Of a stretch of DNA of 64,000 bases, positions 13,291 through 27,446 are shown one piece after another. A program made the position numbers and the translations under genes. The stretch is taken from NCBI GenBank assembly GCA_964016885.1, contig OZ024743.1, forward strand, positions 30,008,001 to 30,072,000. The letters are read 5' to 3'. Source of the stretch: Eledone cirrhosa. Taxonomy: Eukaryota. The first letter of the stretch is position 1. Every line of letters begins with the position of its first letter. Below the pieces are notes generated by a model that made no database searches, was not told where the DNA came from, and saw only the letters and a program-made list of their open reading frames with translations.

Positions 13291-13666
13291 TAATGGCGGG
13301 AAATGAATGTCTGCCTGAGACAAATTTAAAATATTGCTACTGCTTATATCTTTTTTTGTGTTGGCAAACGTAGTAACATTTACAATGGTGGTGTCGGTGT
13401 GAGGTGTTATTTTGTGAGGAAGGCTTTCAGCTGCTTCGTGCAGAAGGGAATTAGCCAATTTTTTTCAAAGAAATTTTTGGATAATAATAAAAGTTATAAT
13501 TTTGGGCACAAGGCCCCAATCTTTTTGGGTGTCCTTTTCGAAAAACAATGTATGTGTGCTTATAAACAGTTAACAATAAAATTTTCCATAAATGGCAATT
13601 TTTAACAAACGGAAATAACAAACCTTTGCGGAGCTCACGATGATACGATTTACTACGTAGGTCGCC

Positions 13667-13755
<89 letters not shown>

Positions 13756-13770
13756 TAATAATAATAATAA
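13667..13770. repeat. (AAT)n microsatellite between a Tx1 5' end and an R4/Dong copy
   Basis: Directly visible. Confidence 0.97.
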
Positions 13771-15791
13771 AAAATCTATCGATTGCTTGGATAGATTATA
13801 AAAAAGCATTCGATAATTTGCCACACAGTTGGATTGAAAAATGTTTAGAGATTTTCAAAATATCCCCCGTTGTCAGGAGGTTTTTGTCATTCAGTATGAA
13901 GACATGGAGAACGACACTCCTTTTGAATAGTGAAACAAAATCACTGGAAGCTGGAGAAGTTAATATTAATTGTGGAATTTTTCAGGGTGACTCTTTATCA
14001 CCGCTTTTATTCTGCATCGCACTTATACCATTAAGTAAAATGCTCAATGAAACAAAACATGGATATAGAGTCTATGACAAAACCATTAATCACCTGTTCT
14101 ACATGGATGACCTGAAACTATTTGCAAAAAATTATGAACAATTGCAAGGGCTATTATCCACTGTGAAGCAGTTCAGTAATGATATTAAAATGGAGTTTGG
14201 ACTGGATAAATGCGCCAAATCAACGTTCACCAGAGGAAAGCTGCTGAAGGGTTCAGACATTAATCTTGATCGGGGGAACGTGATAAGAGAGCTTGATCAA
14301 GAAAAAACTTACAAATATCTAGGTGTTTGTGAAGGAGACGGAATCAAGCACTCGACAATGAGGGAAAGGATAAGGAAGGAATGTTACCGCAGAGTCAGAA
14401 CAATCTTAAGAACGGAATTGAATGCAAGGAATAGGATCGATGCCATAAACACGCTTGCCATACAAGTAGTAACCTACAGTTACAATGTCATCAACTGGTC
14501 AAGCACATAGATCCGTAGGCTCGATACAAAAATCCGAAAATTCTTAACCATGCACAGAATACATCACCCTAAGGCAGACATAGATAGAATATATCTCCCT
14601 AGGAAAGAAATAGGACGTGGCTTAATCCAGTTAGACATTGCGTTGAAAACTGCAACAATTGGATTATCCACATATCTAAGGGAATCACATGATTGGATGA
14701 TCAAACTCGTTTTGAAACACGAAAGCACCAAAAGATCATATTCCATTACAAAAGATGCACAAAGATACAGTAATGGACTACAAATTTCAGAAGTCCCATT
14801 TACTGCTGAAATGGAAAACACAGAAAAAGCAAAGCAGGTAAAAGTAACTGCAAAGAAAGAACTGCTACAGAAACTGGCTAAGAAATGGCAAGAAAAGCCT
14901 CTGTATGGAAAATACCCAGAGCGAGCTAACTATCCTGGTGTTGACAAAACTTTAACCCATCAGTGGTTGGCATCCTCTGGACTGAAATCGGAGACTGAAG
15001 GACTGATTATATCGGCACAAGATCAGTGTCTGCCAACAAAAAATTACCAAGCCAACATAATAAAAAATGGGTGCAGCCCATTATGCCATGTATGCAAAAA
15101 ACAACCAGAGACCATTGACCATATAATTTCAATGTGCAGTGCTATAGCTCCAACCGAATACCTAAACAGGCATGACAGAGCTGCACAATACATACATTGG
15201 ATAATGTGTAAGCATTTTGACCTGCCCCATCAAAAGAATTGGTGGGAGCATCAACCACCTCCCATACTTGAAAAAGATCACATCTCAATCCTGTGGAACT
15301 TTAGCATCCAAACAGACCGAAAAATAGATGCAAATAGACCTGATATAATATTGAAGGACTTTCAAAGGAGGGTATGCCTGCTAATTGATATGTCTGTTCC
15401 AATAGACAAGAATGTATCTATAAAAACATTTGAAAAATTGAGCAAGTATAAGGACCTGGAGATGGAAATTGGAAAAATGTGGAAATTAAGAACTAAAACA
15501 ATACCAGAGGTTGTAGGCGCTCTGGGAATGATACCTAAGGGGTCTAACGACTACTTATCGCAAATCCCAGGAAACCCGCGTATAGGAGAAATACAAAAGA
15601 TAGTACTAATGGGAACTGCCCATATACCAAGGAAGATCCTGTCAATATAAGTACATCACAAGTCTAAACACTAAGGATGCATGTGTGAATATGTATGTTC
15701 TTTCTTGAACATAGCGGACCTTGTTGTCTCTTGAGGTCACTGGTTGTGACTTGGTGATAACTCGTATGAACATAAAGCAAGATAAACGCAA
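13771..15791 (+). mobile_element. R4/Dong-clade LINE family A, 5'-truncated
   Basis: Motifs WIDYKKAFD, GIFQGDSLSPLLF, HLFYMDDLKL, CCHC (CHVC..HIISMC) and RLE (RPDII..LIDMS). Flanked by (TAA)n. Confidence 0.9.
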
Positions 15792-15820
15792 ATAATAATA
15801 ATAATAAGAAGAAGAAGAAA

Positions 15821-18800
15821 AGGGAAGAAGACGCACGAGGTGGTGGAAGGTCATGAAATCGCTCCCGTAAGTTTTCAATTTTTAACATATTTAAATCATT
15901 TGTGAAATAACAACTCGTAGTACAAATGCTACGTAAAGCATCCGGCTTGAGCCCCAAAAAATTCGGACGCAAAATATATTGTTATAAGGCTCAAATATTC
16001 AAATATTCAACCTTGTAAAGTACATTGTATATTCAAAAAAGAAAATGGCTATAAATGGAAGAAGACCCCCCCCCCCTCCTCTGTCTACGCTATATAGAAC
16101 AGCCAAACAACACCAATCTCACCAACACCAGAAACTAGATACAACACCTACCCCATCACCTCTCTGTGTACACTAAACACAACAGCCAGATAACGGCAAT
16201 TTCACCACCACCACTCACTACTGCCATCATTACCACCACTATCCCATCACCGCCGCCACCACTCCTTCATTGCTACCACCGCTACAACACCATCACTACA
16301 GTAATACCATCACATCACCACCACCACTGCCTTCGGTATCGACATCACCACCACCACTGTCACCGCTGCCACCACCCCACCCCATCTATCATTGCTACAA
16401 CTATCCCATCGTCGCCGCCACCACTCCTTCAATGCTACCACCACTATTCCCCTGTTAACTTGAGAGAGAAAGGGGTAGGTGGCGGTATCACTAGACAAGG
16501 GAGAGGCTAGCAAAAGATATAAATAGATTGACTTAGTGACCTGGCCACCAAACGTCAACATCAACAACTATGGGACTGCTGGCTCACCCCTTCCTCACCA
16601 ACAATATAAAAAGCCCCGGCACCACCACCGACATAGCCAACAACAATAACAGCCAACTACAACAAAAAGTATATTATATTATTGTAATGCACTGGGTGAT
16701 TGCTGGCCTTGTGCCTGGAGTGGAGACAATTATTAATAATTTCATTCTTAAGCCACGCAATGCTCACATTAAGGAACCACTCATGATAATAACAATTTAA
16801 AAAAACAACAAAAAGAAAACCCCGTGACCAAGAAATACCGGGATGGCGGCCGGCGGGGAATAGCCGCGTCTCCAGGGGAGAACGACCCCTCTAGTCTTGG
16901 TTGACACTCGTTCTAGAAGTGGTAACACGAAATGATTACCCCTTGGCGGATAAGGATAAAACGCAACAAAATAAAGTAAATGTCTAATGATAAAATCTCA
17001 TACCGGATCGGCCGTCACCCGGGTAAAAAAGGGCCGCGTCCCTCAGAGAGGTACCAGACTGGGGTCGAAAAATCAGCTAATGGTTCAAACCTTCCCATCA
17101 CTTCGGAGCTGGAGACCTCCCATAACCGGAATACTCCTACTGTTGGCCCTCCATGCTCACCACCAAGAAATCCAAAGAAAAAGAGAGAAAAATGGTCATG
17201 GGAAGATAATAAAGAAGTCCTTGAGGCTTTCTACACTGCCATGTACTACCCATCAAATACATCGAATACAGAACAAACATATATCAACTGGAAAAAGAAA
17301 CATTCCGAAAACAGAGGCTATATTGACAGTAACAAACTAGCCAATATACGAAGAAATATTGTAAGAAAAAAGTTACTAACTGATATAGAAATTGATCAGA
17401 TCAAGCTATTAGCACAAAGTCAGAAGGGAAAATGAAACATGTGTCAGTGAAAACGAGGTAAACTGTAACACTTCGAATCCCAGGGTTGGGGCGGAATCAC
17501 TGGCAACAGAACAAATTAAAGAAAGGATCGAAAAAGTGGAGGGAGTGCATGCTCAGGATGAAACTCCAAATGAAAATAATGAGATCGTAACTGATAAAGA
17601 AATGAATGAGAATGAACTTGCCAACCTGAAGGATGAAATTATGATCGAATGGATGAAAATAAAAGAATCTGACATGGGGCAACGAGACACCCTCCCTAAG
17701 ATCCAGAACTCCAAACAGAACCAAAAGATAATACACAAGACTAACATAATTCTCAAAAACATTATCATCACAAACAAACTAAACATTACTGATTTAAATC
17801 ATCTCTATTATGCATCGGCTAAAGTCACCACTCACTTATGTGGAGTGAAGATGAAAAAACAAAGGAATTCCCTCAAGAAATCTACTTGGCAAAAGAACAT
17901 CAATCGCCAAATAAACCTTCTCCGATCTGACATAGAAATTTTAACAAACTATAAAGTAGGTGAACATGTTAAACAAACTAAACTTAGAAAATTGAAAAAA
18001 AAGTACAGTATAAAATCAACATGTGACATAGACATGCTGATAGAAATAATCAAGCAAAAAGTGTCGGCCAAAGCTGCTCGTATAAGGCGCTTTGCAAAAC
18101 GATCTAGATTCTATAAGGACAATAATATGTTCAAAAACAACCAAAGAAACTTCTACAGAAAAATTGGTAAGTCAACAATAACTGCTAAATCAATACCACC
18201 CAAGGAGGAAGTGCAAGAATTCTGGGAAAAGATCTGGGCCGAAGAAAAAGTTCATAACATACATGCCCCATGGATAGACAGACAAATGAAAGATACAGCT
18301 CACCTTAAGGAACATACATGGGAAAATATAACAGTTGAACAGTTGCGCTTGGCTCTAAGAAAAACCAGCAAATGGAAATCCCCAGGAAAAGACAAAATAC
18401 AAAACTTTTGGATAAATGCCTTCACAGAGTCTCACGAGCTGTTAGCCCAACTTTACAATGAAATAGTTAAGGAGCCAGAAAAGATACCTTCATGGCTAGT
18501 TAACGGCATTACATTCCTGCTTCCGAAGAATGATGAGACAAACAATCCCCAAAATTACAGACCGATAACTTGCTTGACCACAATGTATAAAATGTTAACA
18601 TCAGTCCTAACTGAATACACATACGACCACCTGATAACAAATGACCTATTTCCCATTGAGCAGAAAGGGTGTAAACGAGGCTCATATGGCTGTAAGGATC
18701 AGCTTCTGGTTAACAAAATGATACTGGAAGATTGTCATGATAGACATTAAAATCTATCGATTGCTTGGATAGATTATAAAAAAGCATTCGATAGTTTGCC

Positions 18801-20770
18801 ACACAGTTGGATTGAAAAATGTTTAGAGATTTTCAAAATATCCCCCGTTGTCAGGAGGTTTTTGTCATTCAGTATGAAGACATGGAAAACGACACTCCTT
18901 TTGAATAGTGAAACAAAATCACTGGAAGCTGGAGAAGTTAATATTAATTGTGGAATTTTTCAGGGTGAATCTTTATCACCGCTTTTATTCTGCATCGCAC
19001 TTATACCATTAAGTAAAATGCTCAATAAAACAAAACCTGGATATAAAGTCTATGACAAAACCATTAATCACCTGTTCTACATGGATGACCTGAAACTATT
19101 TGCAAAAAATGATGAACAATTGCAAGGGCTATTATCCACTGTGAAGCAGTTCAGTAATGACATTAAAATGGAGTTTGGACAAGATAAATGCGCCAAAGCA
19201 ACGTTCACCAGAGGAAAGCTGCTGAAGAGTTCAGACATTAATCTTGATCGGGGGAACGTGATAAGAGAGCTTGATCAAGAAAAAACTTACAAATATCTAG
19301 GTGTTTGTGAAGGAGAGGGAATCAAGCACTCGACAATGAGGGAAAGGATAAGGAAGGAATGTTACCGCAGAGTAAGAGCAATCTACAGAACGGAATTGAA
19401 TGCAAGGAATAGGATCGATGCCATAAACACGCTTGCCATAACAGTAGTAACCTACAGTTACAATGTCATCAACTGGTCAAGCACAGAGATCCGTAGGCTC
19501 GATACAAAAATTCGAAAATTCTTAACCATGCACAGAATGCATCACCCTAAGGCAGATATAGATAGAATATATCTCCCTAAGAAAGAAGGAGGACGTGGGT
19601 TAATCCAGTTAGACGTTGCGTTGAAAACTGCAACAATTGGATTATCTACATATCTAAGGGAATCACATGATTGGATGATCAAACTCGTTTTGAAACACGA
19701 AAGCATCAAAAGATCATATTCCATTACAAAAGATGCACAAAGATACAGTAATGGACTACACATTTCAGAAGTCCCATTTACTGCTGAAATGGAAAACACA
19801 GAAAAAGCAAAGCAGGTAAAAGTAACTGCAAAGAAAGAACTGCTACAGAAACTGGCTAAGAAATGGCAAGAAAAGCCTCTGTATAGAAAATACCCAGAGC
19901 GAGCTAACAATCCTGATGTTGACAACACTTTAACCCATCAGTGGTTGGCATCCTCTGGACTGAAATCGGAGACTGAAGGACTGATTATATCGGCACAAGA
20001 TCAGTGTCTGCCAACAAAAAATTACCAAGCCAACATAATAAAAAATGGGTGCAGTCCATTATGCCGAGTATGCAAAAAACAACCAGAGACCATTGACCAT
20101 ATAATTTCAATGTGCAGTGCTATAGCTCCAACCGAATACCTAAACAGGCATGACAGAGCTGCACAATACATACATTGGATAATGTGTAAGCATTTTGACC
20201 TGCCCCATCAAAAGAATTGGTGGGAGCATCAACCACCTCCCATACTTGAAAAAGATCACATCTCAATCTAGTGGAATTTAGCATCCAAACAGACCGAAAA
20301 ATAGATGCAAACAGACCTGATATAATATTGAAAGACTTTCAAAAGAGGGTATGCCTGCTAATTGATATGTCTGTTCCAATAGACAAGAATGTATCTATAA
20401 AAACATTTGAAAAATTGAGCAAGTATAAGGACCTGGAGATGGAAATTGGAAAAATGTGGAAATTAAGAACTAAAACAATACCAGTGTTTGCAGGCGCTCT
20501 GGGAATGATACCTAAGGGGTCTAATGATTACTTATCTCAAATCCCAGGAAACCCGCGTATAGGAGAAATACAAAAGATAGTACTAATGGGAACTGCCCAT
20601 ATACTAAGGAAGATTCTGTCAATATAATTACATCACAAGTCTAAACACTAAAGATGCATGTGTGAATATGTATGTTCTTTCTTGAACATGGCGGACCTTG
20701 TTGTCTCTTGAGGTCACTGGTTGTGACTTGGTGATAACTCGTATGAACATAAAGCAAGATAAATGCAACT
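15821..20770 (+). mobile_element. R4/Dong-clade LINE family A, apparently full length, with a long 5' leader
   Basis: Near-identical to 13771-15791 over the shared part. Single disrupted ORF; ends in (TAA)n. Confidence 0.9.
16980..20627 (+). pseudogene. R4/Dong ORF: N-terminal domain, RT, CCHC finger and restriction-like endonuclease
   Basis: Fragments 16980-17435, 17536-18750, 18796-20271 and 20271-20627. Motifs WKSPGKD, NYRPITCL, EQKGC, YMDD and RPD..D. Confidence 0.9.
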
Positions 20771-20929
20771 GTAATAATAATAATAATAATAAATTTGAAG
20801 ACTAAAATCCAAAGAGGGCTCCATAAGGTTTCAGAAGATCACGTTAAGAGTGAAACCACCGCTTCTTTGCTTAAACTTTAATCTGTTATTTTAATAAATA
20901 TATATATATATATAAATATAAAATCAATA

Positions 20930-21490
20930 ATTTATATGGTATGGAAAAGGACGACTATAATAACTTAATACTGAAAGAACTCAGGAAAACTACAAAATGA
21001 CATCAAATGAAAACCTTTCAACCTTAAATAGAGAAGCTTCGGAAATCATTTATAAATCAGGCATTCAAAATAGGGCTGAACCCTTTATACTTAGAAAACC
21101 GAAGTTTAACTTGAAGCAACATGAACAAAAATTTGAAGTGGAACTACCATTCAGATTCATCGTACCATCTAAATCTGACTTAGGCATAATTAGCAAGCAC
21201 ATACTAAATATGATTATACCACTACTTAACGAAAAATCACACCTTAAACTATTGAACAGTACTAATGAACTAATAGATTGGTTTAAAAACATTAAATTAA
21301 AACATAAGAAAAAATTCATTCAAATGGACATTGCAAATTACTACTCCTCTATTACCCCTAGCTTACTTAACAAGGCACTTATCTACGCTTCTAAACATAC
21401 AGACCTATCGAGTGAAGACATGAATATCATTCTAATAACACGTAAAACCCTAATGGAATTAATTTAATAACCATCTCTGGACAACCAACC
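20930..21490 (+). pseudogene. Penelope-like element reverse transcriptase fragment
   Basis: RFIVPSKSDLGIISK..LIDWF..FIQMDIANYYSSIT resembles the N-terminal motifs of PLE RT. Confidence 0.75.
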
Positions 21491-21645
21491 AGTAACATGT
21501 AAATAAAAAAATAAATAAACAAATCTAAACACACAGAGACACCCGGATGTAACACATGCGCAAACTAAGCACACAACACACACACAAACAAGATGGCGTA
21601 GGACAGAACAAAGGAGAGGCACAAAAACAAAGAAAAGAATCCCCA

Positions 21646-21688
21646 GTCACTGAAGAGGTCACAGAATGTGTGACGAAAGAACTTTGAC
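21646..21688 (+). ncRNA. Minimal type I hammerhead ribozyme downstream of the PLE RT fragment
   Basis: gtca-CTGAAGA-ggtcaca gaatg tgtgac-GAAA-gaac-TT-tgac. Confidence 0.75.
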
Positions 21689-21893
21689 AATATATAAATA
21701 ATCATCTGGTTGTGGAACCAACCAACCAACGGGAAATTTATAAATTCCTAAATTTATAAATTTATTATAATAAATTGAAGTGAAAGCAACTGCTGCTTGT
21801 GTTTCTTATTGGCAACATGATCCTCCCGAAGTATAACAATATTGGTTTCAACATACGTTTTCAGATAAAGAATCTTGCTAAACAAATATTCAG

Positions 21894-22048
<155 letters not shown>

Positions 22049-22051
22049 ATA

Positions 22052-22106
<55 letters not shown>

Positions 22107-22152
22107 GATATTAAACAAATGGAAACTATATTTATAATACCATAATTATTTC

Positions 22153-22209
22153 ATTATACAGATTTCAGGGATACCATATTAAAAATATGGCATGCCTTCG
22201 TCAGATAAA
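22153..22209 (-). ncRNA. Hammerhead-like motif with weak helices I and III
   Basis: Minus strand: CTGACGA-aggcatgccatatt ttt aatatggtatccct-GAAA-tctg-TA. Confidence 0.55.
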
Positions 22210-22371
22210 ATACAATATATAAACAGTTTTATAAATAATTTTGACGTACCCTATTATAAGCGATCATTATATTTGGAAGCTCTCTATCCAGACAGCTTCA
22301 AAATATAATGGTCGCTTATAATAGGGTACGTCAAAATTATTTATAAAACTGTTTATATATTGTATTTTATC
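22204..22371. repeat. Near-perfect ~77 bp-arm hairpin next to the hammerhead motif
   Basis: gataaaatacaatatataaacag..ggaagct / agcttc..ctgtttatatattgtattttatc. Confidence 0.88.
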
Positions 22372-22592
22372 ATTTGTTTAATATCGTATATCTACTCCAA
22401 AAACTTGTCGAGTGCTTTATATCAGTTATAAAATATTTACTTGTTGTAACCCAACAATTTTAAATACTTTTGCATATATATATATATATATATTGTTGTT
22501 TGAAACCAAATATACAGAACAAGAAATGTTAGTATTAATCTGTGGCAAATATTTCAGTTGTCTGATATCAATGTAGTTGTCATATGTTGTTA

Positions 22593-22642
<50 letters not shown>

Positions 22643-22667
22643 ACTATCTATATATATATATATACAC

Positions 22668-22730
<63 letters not shown>

Positions 22731-22732
22731 AC

Positions 22733-22786
<54 letters not shown>

Positions 22787-22824
22787 GATGTATATATATA
22801 TATATATATGTATATATATGTATA

Positions 22825-22895
<71 letters not shown>

Positions 22896-23025
22896 GTGAG
22901 GTTTTTTTACAAAATGAAGAATAACCGCGGTGTCCTACACGAGTGAAAGTATAAAAAAAAAAGATGAAATCGAAAATGCAATTGGAGTCTTATTTAAAAA
23001 AAAAATATATATATTTATTTGGTTC

Positions 23026-23061
23026 CTTTACCGGTTTCGCAGTTCTTCTGCTTTTCAAAAG
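23026..23061 (-). ncRNA. Minimal hammerhead, U3:A8 variant (family H3)
   Basis: Minus strand: ctt-TTGAAAA-gcag aagaa ctgc-GAAA-ccgg-TA-aag. Confidence 0.7.
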
Positions 23062-23635
23062 TAGAGCTGAGATGGAGAGTCTGTGGTTTTTCTCACATCT
23101 GGTTGGTCTCTGAATGTTACTTGTTTTATATGGAAAAAGTTGCTCGAAATGCCAGGTTTTTCGAGAAGTAATTTGATTGGTTGGTCAATAGTTATAACAA
23201 ATTTCGCGCCAGTTCGCATTACAAAGTTCTTCAAACAAGGGGGGAGGGTGTCACTGGTTGTTTTTTCATATATGAGTGTTTGAATTTCTTTTTACTTAAA
23301 AAAAGGGGGTGGGGCTCACGAAGGCTTGTTTTTAATAAACGTAACTTGATTGGTTATGAATGAAATTATGGCTGTCACGTGAACAAGTTTTCATTAAATC
23401 TTCGCGCCCTTATTTGGAAATCCATTCTGTAGCCTTTTTAGAGAATCTTATGATAAGTAAAAGATAATGGTCAAGAGAAATGGGATGGGAGAATTGTTCT
23501 GGTTCAAAGAATATGGTTAGTTCGCTGGCGTGTCAGAATTCAGATTTTCTATTGAATAAAGAAAGTAAAGATAGGTATGTTTATTTTTGTGTGCGTGTGC
23601 GTGAGAAAAACCACTGACCCTCCATCTCAACTCCA

Positions 23636-23670
23636 CTTTTGAAAAGCAGAGAACTGCGAAACCGGTAAAG
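23636..23670 (+). ncRNA. Minimal hammerhead, U3:A8 variant (family H3)
   Basis: ctt-TTGAAAA-gcag agaa ctgc-GAAA-ccgg-TA-aag, with palindromic helix III ACCGGT. Confidence 0.72.
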
Positions 23671-23732
23671 GAACCAAATAAATATATATATATTTTTAAA
23701 AATAAGACTCCAGTTGCATTTTCGATTTCATC

Positions 23733-23761
<29 letters not shown>

Positions 23762-23764
<3 letters not shown>

Positions 23765-23914
23765 ACGAAGGAAATGTGGTAAGGAACCAGGTGGACCATA
23801 ACGCACCAAAGTACTCAATACTTAGGGTAGTAGAGTGGGTAATAGGAACCAGTAAGACCCCGACGAATTAGCCGTCGAAACGGCTTGAGCTCAGCCGTCG
23901 CGGTCTTACTGGTT

Positions 23915-23918
<4 letters not shown>
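23762..23918. mobile_element. Miniature fold-back copy of family H1
   Basis: H1 tail on the minus strand, then the 3' half of the H1 hammerhead on plus, ending at GGTTCCTA/(TA)n. Confidence 0.75.
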
Positions 23919-23955
<37 letters not shown>

Positions 23956-23963
23956 ACATACAC

Positions 23964-24094
<131 letters not shown>

Positions 24095-24098
24095 TATA

Positions 24099-24183
<85 letters not shown>

Positions 24184-24443
24184 GGAAGTGAGGAATTTTT
24201 ACAAAATGACAAAAAACGAGGTCTCCCACGTTGAAAGTATAAGGGAAAAGGATGAAAATGCAACTGGACGAAAATGCAACTGGAATATTTTTATTTTTTT
24301 ATTTATATTTATTTGGTTTCTTTACCGGTTTCGTAGTACTTCTGCTTTTCATGAGTAAAACTGAGAGAGAGGGGTTGTGGTTTAATAAATATATATTTAA
24401 ATAAAAAGACTCCAGTTACATTTTCGATTGCATCTTTTTTCCT

Positions 24444-24558
<115 letters not shown>

Positions 24559-25223
24559 TTAAGGATACTATTTATGGTTATGTATATACTAAAACCTTTT
24601 ATAGTTATAGTTATATATATTTTATACCCTAAATAGTGAAAGACAGTAATTTATTACTATCTTATTACCAGTAAGATAAATAGCTCAAGGTAACAACACC
24701 AGTTGTTTTACAGAGCAGTTATATAGAGATTACATGAATCAAAGTTCTGTTTAAATCATTTATTTGCTTACAATTCTTTCCTCCAAACCGAGTATGCTTT
24801 ACCAGTACAGCCCTCATGATGCTCTTGATTGCCTGCTTTGACTGCTTGTTTTACATGTAACAATCCGCCGCACTATAATCTTGTAAAAATAGGACACGCG
24901 TGCATGCCACACGTGTGACTGTTGCATACACTGGCTACTCCAAACTTTCCTCTTGCTTTATCTTAACTGCCAATGTTTTATTTTAAATTTAATTTTAATT
25001 TTAACATTAATTTTGTCCTTTAATATGACTGTAATCTTTGTATGTAAAATACCATGCTATATTATTATAATGGATGTCAACCCACTGTGGGTCAATATAT
25101 ACATATGTTTCTATATGTCTCTTGTGTTGAAAAGGATGTCAAGTATGTTAAAAATCACTGAATAATTGCACCGAAGTTACCAAACCTCGGTTTGGAAGAA
25201 ACAATTGAAGTATATATATTGAA

Positions 25224-25506
<283 letters not shown>

Positions 25507-26214
25507 ATTTTATTGTTCATGTTATTGTTGTCATTGACATTTAACTCAAAAGAGAATGCAATCTAGTACAAAGCGTATAATTGGAATTTTTGTTGCTTCC
25601 CCTCTTAGTAATGTTCATGAATACATTATCTAATATTTAGTTTTTTTGTTTAAGATGCGAACTTATGATTTGAGGGAAAATAAAGTACAATAATTATCAG
25701 GCGACAATCACCTTCTTTAATATGATGGCTGCGGACCTCTATAGAGGGGTTATTGTTACTAACGAATGGCAATGTTATACAAAAGAGATTAATATATTTC
25801 AAATTCTGAAGATATAATGCATATAAGAAAAACAAGTTTTATTTTCACGTTTTTATTGCTGATATATTAAAGAAGGTGGTCTGCCAAGTGGTTTTAGTGA
25901 CATTTCCTTATATTGTGTTCAATCATATGTGTAATCGACCAGCAAAAATATTTACTAAAGAAAACTATATAAGAATGAAAGACAAGAAATCCTACATATG
26001 TGTCAGGATCTTAATATATCCTACATACATTTATTTGATAATCAACATTTTGTTTAGTTAGCCTACATAGTTAATGATATGATAACATAAAGAAGACTGA
26101 TGGAATGAGGTTTTACAACTCATGAGATACAGCTTCATCATTGTCAAGAGACATTAGCAACAATCTTCCGTTTCTTTAGAAGATGACATATTACATTTGA
26201 ATTACGTGCATAAG

Positions 26215-26290
<76 letters not shown>

Positions 26291-26372
26291 TATATATATA
26301 TGTATATATGTATGTGTATATTTATATGTACAGACACATATATATACATACATACATATATATATATACCTA

Positions 26373-26410
<38 letters not shown>

Positions 26411-26411
26411 C

Positions 26412-26470
<59 letters not shown>

Positions 26471-26474
<4 letters not shown>

Positions 26475-26662
26475 CAAGCATGACCCCGACGGCACAGCTC
26501 AAGCCATTTCGACGGCTATTTCTGTACTGAGTCCAGAAATAGCCGTCGAAACGGCTTGAGCTCTATCGTCGGGGTCAAACTTGTTCCTATTACCCACTCT
26601 ACTACCCTCTGTATTTTGGTCCGTTATGATCCATTTGGTTCCTTACCACAATTCCTTAGTTA
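26471..26662. mobile_element. Miniature fold-back copy of family H1
   Basis: Hairpin 26471-26586 (gaccccgacgg..tttcgacggctatttctg / cagaaatagccgtcgaaa..cgtcggggtc) followed by the H1 tail. Confidence 0.75.
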
Positions 26663-26677
26663 TATATATATAGTCTC

Positions 26678-27313
26678 TTACAATAAAATAGCTCTCAGAA
26701 AGAGATGTTTCCGAGCCGTATATTATAATTGAATATAAATGAAAAATGAACACAGATATATACATATATGTGTTCAAATCGCAAGGGACCAGTTTAGCTT
26801 AGGTGAAAAGAATACTAACTATAGACAATAGGGTTTGCCTGTCTCAATTTAAGAAAAAATCAAGAAAATAAATACAAACCGGAATTGTGGTAACTACCAA
26901 TCACTCAGACAGCTTCTTGTTGTTTCGCAATACTAATTAATTTTGAATAGAAATACCAATTCTTGCTCATCAGTGGGTGACAAATTAGTATCCTAGACAC
27001 TTCTAAGTATATTAAGGAACTGAATAGTGTGCTATATATAATAACGTACATGGTATCTTAGCGTGTCTTTCAAACTTACACCACTAAAAGTAGCAGCAAA
27101 GTTTACTTGTGGTAGTTACCATAATTCGGGTTTGTATTTATGTTCTTGATTTTTTCTTAAATTGAGACAGGCAAACGCTATTGTCTATAGTTAGTTTTCT
27201 TTTCACCTTAGCGAATCTGGTCCCTTGCGATTTGAACACATATATGTATATATCTATGTCCGTTTTTCTTTTATATTCAATTATTTGTCTTTCTTAGAAC
27301 TATTTTATTGTAA
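26678..27313. mobile_element. Fold-back unit with a hammerhead in its spacer
   Basis: About 26678-26899 is inverted relative to about 27109-27313. Confidence 0.75.
26901..26980 (-). ncRNA. Type I hammerhead ribozyme
   Basis: Minus strand: tcaccca-CTGATGA-gcaa..ttgc-GAAA-ca acaagaagc tg-TC-tgagtga. Confidence 0.78.
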
Positions 27314-27314
27314 A

Positions 27315-27406
27315 TCTGAACTTCTCCTATTACACACTCTACTAAACTAAGTACCGAGTACTCTGATGCGTTATTGTCTACGCGCTTCCTTACCACACTT
27401 CCTTCG

Positions 27407-27446
<40 letters not shown>

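Larger units (their letters stand above)
7947..13666 (-). mobile_element. Full-length Tx1/L1-clade LINE (5' UTR, ORF1, ORF2 APE-RT), inactivated, inserted in (TTA)n
   Basis: ORF1 has a CCHC knuckle. ORF2 has APE motifs (INARGL, ISETR, VGDWN, SRSYLDR) and RT motifs. AATAAA lies at the 3' end and (AAT)n tracts abut both ends. Confidence 0.92.
22890..23737. mobile_element. Fold-back PLE-like unit (family H3); related fragments at about 24180-24445 and 43255-43400
   Basis: 22960-23097 is inverted relative to 23602-23737. The left arm has an extra tail, and (TA)n flanks the unit. Confidence 0.75.

Noticed and set aside
16166-16510. Pro/His-rich ORFs in the R4 leader as a host gene
   Set aside because: Low-complexity CCA repeats whose frames are not preserved among the three leader copies.
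16820-16970. HDV-like ribozyme in the R4-A 5' UTR
   Set aside because: GC-rich and probably structured, but I could not build the nested double pseudoknot by eye.
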